From an uncultured candidate division Zixibacteria bacterium (lineage in GTDB: Bacteria; Zixibacteria; MSB-5A5; GN15; FEB-12), in the NCBI GenBank assembly GCA_963664195.1, contig OY760907.1, forward strand, positions 1,120,001-1,184,000: a stretch of DNA of 64,000 nucleotides, given 5' to 3'. A program made the position numbers and the translations under genes. Each line of letters opens with the position of its first letter. Position 1 is the first letter of the stretch. Below the pieces are notes generated by a model. The model did no database searches. It was not told the DNA's origin and worked only from the letters and a program-made list of their open reading frames with translations. Of the stretch, positions 9,314 to 17,062 are shown piece by piece.

Positions 9314-10363
9314 ATGAGTTGGTTGCAAGTCGTTCTTGATAAACTGGTCGGTTTCATTCCGACTGCTGTCGCGGTGGTCGTCATCGTGCTGGTCATGGTC
9401 GCTGTCCGTGCCCTCCTCAGTCGAGGCAATTCCGGCGGCTCCAAGCAGTCCTTTCGAAGCCAGATATTCTCGATTGTAATCTTCCTGATTGGACTGGTAG
9501 TCATAATACTCACACTTCCGGTGAAAGACTCCACGACCGGTCAATTGCTGAGCTTGCTGGGAATTCTTCTCTCCGCCGCGATTGCGCTTTCCGCGACAAC
9601 GTTTGTGGGCAACATGATGGCCGGCTTGCAGATGAGAGCCGTTAAGAACTTCCGGGCAGGAGATTTTGTCCACGTAGGAGATCATTTCGGTCGTGTGTCG
9701 GAGCGCGGACTGTTTCATGTCGAAATTCAAACCGAAGACCGCGACCTCACCACACTACCCAACCTCTACCTCGTGACAAATGCGGTGAAAGTCGTGCGGA
9801 CATCGGGGACGCTCGTATCTGCCGAAGTCTCGCTCGGATATGATGTTCCCCGTGACGTAATCGAAACCTCGCTGCTCGAAGCTGCTGCCGATACGGGCCT
9901 CCAGGAACCGTTCGTGCACGTGATGGAGCTAGGTGATTTCTCCATCACCTATCGCGCCGCCGGTCTGCTCGAGGATGTCAAGAGCCTCCTGTCCGTGCGG
10001 TCACGCCTTCGAAAAAAAATGCTTGACCATCTGCACGCAGCCGGTATCGAGATCGTTTCACCGGCTTTCATGAATCAGCGGGTACTTGACCCCAAGCGAG
10101 CATTTATCCCCACTCGAGTCTCCAAAGACGAAGGAACGGAGCTGCCCGAAGCGGTCGTGTTCGACAAAGCCGACGAGGCGGAATCGCTTGAGAAACTGCA
10201 ACAGCGAATCGATGAACTCGGTAAGGAGCAGGACGAACTCAAGGCCACGCTATCTGAGACAGAGGATTATGTGGAGAAACGCTCCATTGAGGGCAAAATT
10301 GATCGGATCGAACGGAGCATTGAGGGCTTGAAGCAACATATCAGAGAACGCGAGGTGGAGTAG
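9314..10363 (+). CDS. Small-conductance mechanosensitive channel (MscS family)
   Basis: 3 TM helices then N..AG......FRAGDFV.VG...G.V; coiled-coil C-terminus. Confidence 0.88.
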   Translation: MSWLQVVLDKLVGFIPTAVAVVVIVLVMVAVRALLSRGNSGGSKQSFRSQIFSIVIFLIGLVVIILTLPVKDSTTGQLLSLLGILLSAAIALSATTFVGNMMAGLQMRAVKNFRAGDFVHVGDHFGRVSERGLFHVEIQTEDRDLTTLPNLYLVTNAVKVVRTSGTLVSAEVSLGYDVPRDVIETSLLEAAADTGLQEPFVHVMELGDFSITYRAAGLLEDVKSLLSVRSRLRKKMLDHLHAAGIEIVSPAFMNQRVLDPKRAFIPTRVSKDEGTELPEAVVFDKADEAESLEKLQQRIDELGKEQDELKATLSETEDYVEKRSIEGKIDRIERSIEGLKQHIREREVE

Positions 10364-10372
10364 GCAGGCACG

Positions 10373-10759
10373 ATGGCTATCCATATCGTAAGACTCGGCA
10401 CCGACCGTCTCAAGAACGAAGGACTTCGTATCGGCACTGTCCGTCGTCCTCCCAGAGGCGTACCAAAGACGGAGTTCTCCTCAAGAGATTTCTATGATGT
10501 CTGGTTGCCGAATCTTTCGCCAAGTGTCGAGACAATGAAACTCGGCAACGCCGTGACCACCGACAGGGAGTGGGCGACGTTCGAGAGGAAGTACCGCAAG
10601 GAGATGTCAACTCCCGAGGCTTCGCACGTTCTCGAGCTGCTGGCGGCGCTCTCACATCAGACAGATTTCTCGGTTGGCTGCTACTGTGAAAACGAGGATC
10701 GTTGTCACCGCTCGGTGCTGATGAAGCTGCTTATTGAGAAGGGTGCTGTGGTGATGTAG
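10373..10759 (+). CDS. DUF488 family protein
   Basis: RIGTVRRPPRGV.K, WLPNLSPS, C..E..CHRS motifs. Confidence 0.85.
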   Translation: MAIHIVRLGTDRLKNEGLRIGTVRRPPRGVPKTEFSSRDFYDVWLPNLSPSVETMKLGNAVTTDREWATFERKYRKEMSTPEASHVLELLAALSHQTDFSVGCYCENEDRCHRSVLMKLLIEKGAVVM

Positions 10760-10840
10760 TACAGAACCCCTGCCCGAACCATAACAGCGATCGACTCAGG
10801 GGTTGATGCGGTTAAGAATCATAGTATCACTCAGGACACC

Positions 10841-11086
10841 CTACAGACTCAATCCGCTTTCCTTGACCGTCAGAGCGTGCTCGCCCAACGACCTTCCGTG
10901 GAGTTCCTTGATGGCCCGCGATGCCTGATTGTCAAAGGGCATTGTCACAAAACCGAAGATGCCGACCTTACAGTCGGGCGATTTTTCGCCGATGCTGATC
11001 TTGTCAACTCTGCCGTACATTTCGAATGCCCGCCGAATCTGGCATTCCTCGGTCTTGGGTGATAGATTGCCTACGTAAATGTTCAT
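10841..11086 (-). CDS. RRM (RNP-1) RNA-binding protein, divergent paralog
   Basis: MNIYVGNL (RNP2), FGFVTM (RNP1), AIKELHG. Confidence 0.85.
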   Translation of the reverse strand: MNIYVGNLSPKTEECQIRRAFEMYGRVDKISIGEKSPDCKVGIFGFVTMPFDNQASRAIKELHGRSLGEHALTVKESGLSL

Positions 11087-11167
11087 ATCATTTTCCTCTC
11101 GTCGGTGTTTTTCTTACTCATATAACAGGGGCCTCACTGGATTCCAGGCCCAAATGCTTGTCTCAGA

Positions 11168-11536
11168 TCAACTCTCTGCCAGGCAGTAGCTGTTGGTGCC
11201 ATATCTGACCGCATCCAGTCGCAACATGTGCTTGCGAAGGTCCAATTCACCGGAGAGAAGGCCGGGAAAGAGCTTCATCGCTTTCTGGATCTGCTCGGTG
11301 CTGAAGTGCCTGGTATGTGCCTTCTCGTTCGACCACTCCTCCATGAGAGTGAATTCGGTTGAGTCGCAACCATTCTCTATCATCTCGCACGACAGACAAC
11401 CGCTCTCGACTCTGGTCAGACTGACCAATTCAAGCAGGCGCTGGCGAAGTTCATCGGCTCTCTCCGGAAGACCTCGTATCCGCGCTAGAACGCCAAAACT
11501 GTTTCTCTTCTTTCGTAACATGTTCTTTGTATTCAT
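11168..11536 (-). CDS. Antibiotic biosynthesis monooxygenase (ABM) family protein
   Basis: TR.E.GC..........F...E.W....AH..H pattern. Confidence 0.8.
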   Translation of the reverse strand: MNTKNMLRKKRNSFGVLARIRGLPERADELRQRLLELVSLTRVESGCLSCEMIENGCDSTEFTLMEEWSNEKAHTRHFSTEQIQKAMKLFPGLLSGELDLRKHMLRLDAVRYGTNSYCLAES

Positions 11537-11774
11537 TTCCTATTTGAGTGACTGGCTCTCACGCGAGCCGTCTGTCTGTTGCGGGCGGCCAGGGTGCCGG
11601 CCAGAAAACTTGGGATAAGCCCGAGCATGATCCATGCAATAATTAACACTACTGACGTCCTCTTCTTGGGAATGCGGGATTTGCCGCGCTGATGGAAAAT
11701 CACCGAAGGAGCCTTTAATGGGATGCGACTCCTTCGATTCAATGCGTCTAATCAGTATTTCAACTGATCCAGGC

Positions 11775-12017
11775 CTACTGCTTGTTGGCCTCATTCACTT
11801 TGAGAAGGTTGCCGATCAGATCAAAACCGTGCAAACCGGTGATCGCTTCCTTCGCATTCTCATCGGAGGTCATCTCCACGAATGCAAATCCTTTCGGCTT
11901 GTTGCTCTCTTTATCCTTCACAATGCTGAGCGAGGACACTTCGCCGTATTTTTCAAAGGACTCGCGAAGTTGCAGTTCGGTTGTGTCGGCAGCCAGATTG
12001 CCTACGTAAATCTTCAT
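11775..12017 (-). CDS. RRM (RNP-1) RNA-binding protein
   Basis: MKIYVGNL, KPKGFAFVEM, L.VNEA; AGGAG RBS. Confidence 0.93.
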   Translation of the reverse strand: MKIYVGNLAADTTELQLRESFEKYGEVSSLSIVKDKESNKPKGFAFVEMTSDENAKEAITGLHGFDLIGNLLKVNEANKQ

Positions 12018-12398
12018 ACAAATCTCCTTTTGTACTCGTCCGAGTGCTCGTTTCTATTGGCACACCGGATAGTGTGGGTCAGGCGCGCAATAGCGCCATA
12101 GTTAACATATTAAGGGTTCGTCAAGAATTGAAGTGCCAGGACAAGGCTTGAAAAACGATCAACTGGTTAACACTTGATCTATGCTCTTATACGGGAAAAT
12201 CGAACAAACATCGAGTTTATTCTCGGTTTGGAACGAAATACATCCTGAACGGCTCCCCCGGAACCCGACAATCCTCTGCCAAAGAGGCCTTTTCAGGCCC
12301 AGTACGCCCTTTTTCACGAAAACAGACAGCCTCGAGTTGCCTTTGTGGGGAAATGCTCCAGTGATCCGGCCGACAGTAGATTTAGCATAATTATCAGC

Positions 12399-13451
12399 CT
12401 AAAGTCCCAGGAGCACCGATTCCGAACAGAAGCCGGGTCCCAGAGCTGAGATGAGGCCATGACCGCCACCATCTGACCTGTGATCTTGCATGAAGCGTTC
12501 CAGGACAAACATTACGGTGACTGAAGACATGTTGCCGTAATCGCGGAGAATACCGCGTGAAAGCGCCAACTGACCGTCGGACAGCGCTAGCGCCTCTTCG
12601 TAGGCCTCGATCACTTTCGTTCCGCCCGGATGGAAGATAAATGCCTCAATGTCGGCCAGGGATAGACTGTGCTGCCCAAGAAAAGCCGTGAGGTCCTCAC
12701 GGGAGGTCTCTCTCACTATCCTCGGAATCCGCTGAGCAAAGACGACCTGCAACCCTTTGCTGACTACCGACCAGCCCATGACATCGAGCGAGTCCGGATA
12801 GAACCGGCTGTTGGTTGCCAGGATGTCGAGCCCCTCCCCCGGGATATCGTCGCCGGTGATCAAAACGGCGGCAGCCCCCTCACCGAAAAGCGCCGAGGCA
12901 ACAAGATTGGACTTAGAGAAATCGTCGGCGACAAATGTCAAGCCGCACAGTTCCGCCGCTACGACGACAATCCGTTCCTCTGGATGCCCCAGCGCGTAGT
13001 GAAAGGCATGTGAAATGCCGGCGGCCCCTCCGGCACAGCCTAATCCCCAGATAGGTGTGCGCCGGATACTGTCGCGGAGATTGAGCTTGTTGATAATGCG
13101 GGCGTCGATTGAGGGCGTGGCGATTCCAGTCGTGTTGACGAATATGAGATAGTCAATTTCCCCCGGTCTAAGACTGCACGTCTCCATCAGCTGCGAGACC
13201 GCTCTGCAGGAGAGTTCGGTGGCAGACTCGACGTACCGTTGGTTCTTCTCTTCAAGGGAGTGTGGCTCGCAGAACCAATCCAACGGCGCGGAGAGGTATC
13301 GTTTGTCGATGCCGCTGTTGACGAATATCGGCAAGAGTCTGTCGAGGTCGGCAACGTGGTTGCTGAAGAGACTGCGGGCAAACCCCTCGGCCATATCCTG
13401 GGTTACGCAGTATTCTGGAACGGCCGTTGTTACGGCACAGATTTTCGGCAT
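12399..13451 (-). CDS. Type III polyketide synthase (BpsA/SrsA-like)
   Basis: Cys-His-Asn triad: GLGCAGG, FHPGG, YGNMSS; ALGPG at the C-terminus. Confidence 0.92.
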   Translation of the reverse strand: MPKICAVTTAVPEYCVTQDMAEGFARSLFSNHVADLDRLLPIFVNSGIDKRYLSAPLDWFCEPHSLEEKNQRYVESATELSCRAVSQLMETCSLRPGEIDYLIFVNTTGIATPSIDARIINKLNLRDSIRRTPIWGLGCAGGAAGISHAFHYALGHPEERIVVVAAELCGLTFVADDFSKSNLVASALFGEGAAAVLITGDDIPGEGLDILATNSRFYPDSLDVMGWSVVSKGLQVVFAQRIPRIVRETSREDLTAFLGQHSLSLADIEAFIFHPGGTKVIEAYEEALALSDGQLALSRGILRDYGNMSSVTVMFVLERFMQDHRSDGGGHGLISALGPGFCSESVLLGL

Positions 13452-13716
13452 GGGGATCCTTTGGTGTTATCGACGCACATCACGTCTGTCTTCTGAACAC
13501 CAGAGAGGAGGTTTGTGTTCGCAGGAAGCTTCGGTACGCCGCCTAGAGCGGAGGGGCAAGGGGGATCATCGGAACGGTTCTGTCATCGTCGCGGTTGCGT
13601 CTCCCCGTTTCCTCGCTCGGTGCATCATCGCCCATGCTCACAGATCGCGCAATCCGAATGTGTGATTGTGACGCCCCCAACATCCCCATATATTGCGTTA
13701 ATATGGAGGAATAACT

Positions 13717-14871
13717 ATGACAAATACGCTCTTTGATGCAATTGAGAGGACGAATACAGGTCCGGCCGAGTACGGCGAAAGTCAGTTTGATTATGTCAAC
13801 ATATCCAATCGAGAGTACTTGATCGATGCCAGAGAGATCGCTGAGAAATGGTTTTCAGAATACACCAACCTGAATCCTAATGCTGCAGCGGATCTAAGAA
13901 AGCGTTTTCGGTCGAGTGCGAATCAACACCACTTCGCGGCACTGACGGAACTATACCTGCACCAACTGCTAATATCCAACCGATTTGAGCCCCAAGCTCA
14001 CCCAGAGTTGCCCAATGTAACGACTCGACCGGAGTTTCTTGCCTCACGTGATGGTGAACCGGTTCTAGTTGCCGAGGCTGTACTGGTCTATAATGATAAG
14101 GTTTCAGAGAGGGTAGACAAATTCTTGGCCAACATATACGCTGCGATTGATGCGGTCGATTCCAAGGATTTCACGATTACAGTAACTGTCAAGTCAAGAG
14201 ACGCAAACACGCAACCCAAAACGAGCAGCATTACGAGATTTCTGCAAGGAAGAATCAGCGCACTGGATTATGCCACCGTTTGCAGGGAGGCGGAAGACAG
14301 CGACAGCCTGCCGGAGTGGCCGTACACTCAGGGCAGATGGCAAATCGTGTTTACGGCCAAGCCCGCCAAGGGGACTAGAAATCACAGGACAGCCAAGTCG
14401 AGAAATCTTGGCGTGATTTCACAAGGGGCTAAGAGAGTCTCTCTGGATAGTGCAATGAGAGACAACATTCTCATAAAAAGCAAGAAGTACGGCAAGTTCG
14501 GAATTCCTTTCATTATCGCCGTGGGAGTGATTCGCGACAGCATCTTATGTCGCGACGACATAATAATGGATGCATTATGCGGCAAGGAGGTACACGATTG
14601 CACATTCTCTGGCGATGAACTCATAGCGGTAGAATCGCGCCGCACAATGGACGGTGCGTGGACCAACCCACGAACGGGCAAAGCAAGGAATGCTCATGTG
14701 AGTGGTCTGCTTTTCTTGCCCGGTCTCAATATGGGTACGCTTGAGTCTGTTAGGCCGGTCTTATGGCATCACCCAGAGGCAACTCACCCACTAGACTTTG
14801 AGACTCTGAGTGTCGAGCAGAGGTACTTTGACAAGGAGAAGGGAGAACTTAAGCGCTACCCTGAAGGATGA
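13717..14871 (+). CDS. Hypothetical protein, possible PD-(D/E)XK-like fold
   Basis: 384-aa ORF with GGAGG RBS; looks AT-richer than neighbours; ELYLH..L and TRPEFLA..V.VAEA segments. Confidence 0.75.
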   Translation: MTNTLFDAIERTNTGPAEYGESQFDYVNISNREYLIDAREIAEKWFSEYTNLNPNAAADLRKRFRSSANQHHFAALTELYLHQLLISNRFEPQAHPELPNVTTRPEFLASRDGEPVLVAEAVLVYNDKVSERVDKFLANIYAAIDAVDSKDFTITVTVKSRDANTQPKTSSITRFLQGRISALDYATVCREAEDSDSLPEWPYTQGRWQIVFTAKPAKGTRNHRTAKSRNLGVISQGAKRVSLDSAMRDNILIKSKKYGKFGIPFIIAVGVIRDSILCRDDIIMDALCGKEVHDCTFSGDELIAVESRRTMDGAWTNPRTGKARNAHVSGLLFLPGLNMGTLESVRPVLWHHPEATHPLDFETLSVEQRYFDKEKGELKRYPEG

Positions 14872-14961
14872 CGATGTCGCGCGGGCGGGCGTCGGGTCTA
14901 GGGTGGGAATCCAATCCCACAGCAAGCGGTGCGGCGGAGGGATCGATACATGCCCCCCCAC

Positions 14962-14995
14962 AAAAAAACCCAACCCTGTCTCCAGGGTCGGGTTT
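14962..14995 (-). terminator. Rho-independent terminator of the basic-protein gene
   Basis: AAACCCGACCCTG-gaga-CAGGGTTGGG followed by a T7 tract on the minus strand. Confidence 0.8.
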
Positions 14996-15041
14996 GTATT
15001 CGCCGCAGCCTCAAGAATGAGACTGTGTACGGTCGGTATTA

Positions 15042-15440
15042 CTAGCGACGCTTTTTCGTGGTACGACGAGCAACCTTGCGGCTCTTCGTCGGACGAGCGG
15101 TGCGGGTAGTGCGACCGGAACTGGCTTTCCAGGTGGTCTTCTTCGGGGTGTTGCGCTTCGGGGTCGCTTTCGTGACGCCGGTGTTACCTCTCCAAACAGA
15201 AGGAGTCGCTTTCTTAATGTTCAGATCACACGCTTTGTACCGAACGGAATAGACGGTACGACCGAGCTGCTTGGCAACCCAGGAGGTCTCGTTGTTCCGA
15301 TAGTACTTGCGGATGAATGCTACGTCCTCGCGAGTCCAAACGTTACCGCCCTTGGAGGCAACACGCTTGCTGGTACGACGCGGGGTCACTTTGCGAGTCG
15401 TGGCGCGACTTACGCTTCTTCTGGTTTTTCTGGCAGCCAT
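15042..15440 (-). CDS. Highly basic histone-H1-like protein with central Myb/SANT-like HTH
   Basis: About 41 K+R versus 4 D/E in 132 aa (hand count); core WTREDVAFIRKYY....WVAKQLGRTVYSVRYKA; AGGAG RBS; own terminator. Confidence 0.85.
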   Translation of the reverse strand: MAARKTRRSVSRATTRKVTPRRTSKRVASKGGNVWTREDVAFIRKYYRNNETSWVAKQLGRTVYSVRYKACDLNIKKATPSVWRGNTGVTKATPKRNTPKKTTWKASSGRTTRTARPTKSRKVARRTTKKRR

Positions 15441-15529
15441 ATCAACTCCTTGTTTGAGTCGTTAAAATTGCGAGCAAAAACATGGCTCTATTTTTTGCTC
15501 TCCCTATCAACATCAACATATACTGGAAC

Positions 15530-15556
15530 TCATCGTCCTTTCTCGCCGATACTTGA
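15530..15556 (-). promoter_or_regulatory. Putative sigma28 (FliA)-like promoter
   Basis: TCAA-N15-GACGATGA on the minus strand versus consensus TAAA-N15-GCCGATAA. Confidence 0.4.
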
Positions 15557-15859
15557 TAGGCCAACCCCAAGATTTTCATAGAATTACGAAGAAGTTTGTC
15601 ACATAGCAGAGCACCAGAATCGCCCCTCACAACCGGATATCGAGACCTTGCGTGCCCATCATAAGCGCACGAGGTGCATCACATGAAAAGTATGCGGCAA
15701 CCGCACGACGCCGACACGACGCGTAATGCGTTGTGTTGCAGTACGTTACCAAGAGTCGGGCTTCGGTAGCCCGACGCGACCTCAATCGCATGGGCAAATT
15801 AGTTGCGCCGCTCATTGAGCCATCTTACATTATCGATACAGGCAAGAAACGAATCGAAT

Positions 15860-16948
15860 ATGAAACGCGAATATTTCCTCATCTCACTATTCTTTCTTAT
15901 TTCAGCGGGCATATTCTATCTATTTTATCAGATCATCGTACCGTTTTTTATCCCCATTGCCTGGGCGGCTGTCTTTGCAATCCTTTTTTTCCCGCTGTAC
16001 GAAAGAGTTCTCAAGCGCGTGAAACGTCGCGGGCTGGCCTCGTTGATCGTGTGCCTGGTGATTGTGGTGCTGATTATAGGCCCCGTGACGTACCTTTTTG
16101 TTGCCCTCGTTCAGGAAGCGGCCAACGCCGTCGCACAGGTGAACGCATTGTACCAAAGCGGGCAGCTTGACAAGCTCCTGTCGTTTGACCTGCCCTGGAT
16201 GGACTCTGTCAAGGACAAGCTGACCCCGTATTTCGATCTTCAGAAAATCAGTCTCGATGAAATGGCCAAAAATGCCATCACCCGTGTGTCACAACTCGTC
16301 GTAAGTCAGACAACCTGGCTGGTGGCCAACGCTACCAAGGCAGTGTTCTACTTCGGTCTGATGCTGTTCGCGATGTATTACTTCTTCACCGACGGCCTGG
16401 AGCTGGTCGGCAAGATCAAACGTCTGATGCCGCTGGCGCCGATGCAAATCAACCGCGCTTTCATCCAGCTTCGCGATGTCATTCAGGCTACTATGTACGG
16501 CGGAGTCGCGATTGCGCTGCTTCAGGGGTTGCTTGGCGGCATTCTGTTCGCAGCTGTCGGGATATCCTCGCCGGTGTTCTGGGGCGCAATCATGGCCTTC
16601 CTGGCGATCATCCCGATAGTGGGAGCGTCGTTTGTCTACATTCCGGCGGGAGTAATCCTGATAATAGGCGGATCATGGGTGAAAGGACTGATAGTGATTC
16701 TGGTCGGGACGGTAGTTGTCAGTCAAATCGACAACGTCATTCGACCGCTCATGATCTCCGGCAAAACGAGCCTGCACCCGCTGATGCTGTTTTTCACGAT
16801 TATGGGCGGCATTTCATTGTTCGGTTTGCTGGGGCTGGTGGTCGGTCCGATGATCGCCGCCGGGTTTACTATCCTCCTGAAGATATTCGAAAGTCGGCTT
16901 CACCCCGACGAGGATGAGCTTCAAGACCGACGGATCATCAAACCATAG
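15860..16948 (+). CDS. AI-2E family transporter
   Basis: Multi-TM; IP.VG, IDNVIRP, LHPL...GG...FG..GLVVGP motifs. Confidence 0.92.
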   Translation: MKREYFLISLFFLISAGIFYLFYQIIVPFFIPIAWAAVFAILFFPLYERVLKRVKRRGLASLIVCLVIVVLIIGPVTYLFVALVQEAANAVAQVNALYQSGQLDKLLSFDLPWMDSVKDKLTPYFDLQKISLDEMAKNAITRVSQLVVSQTTWLVANATKAVFYFGLMLFAMYYFFTDGLELVGKIKRLMPLAPMQINRAFIQLRDVIQATMYGGVAIALLQGLLGGILFAAVGISSPVFWGAIMAFLAIIPIVGASFVYIPAGVILIIGGSWVKGLIVILVGTVVVSQIDNVIRPLMISGKTSLHPLMLFFTIMGGISLFGLLGLVVGPMIAAGFTILLKIFESRLHPDEDELQDRRIIKP

Positions 16949-17062
16949 CGACAGCCTGATCGCAGGATCACATCCTTTCTCTGACACCGGGTAAAACACA
17001 CCTTTAGACTTTACACCGAATCTGCCACGCCTTTAATTATCGGTATCTCGCACACCAATATC

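Noticed and set aside
11533..11794. Short ORFs between the RRM and ABM genes
   Set aside because: No RBS or recognisable motif; cannot be supported, though a small membrane peptide is not excluded
13451..14960. Integron cassette or IS boundaries around the orphan gene
   Set aside because: No RYYYAAC/GTTRRRY attC ends, terminal inverted repeats, target duplications or integrase visible
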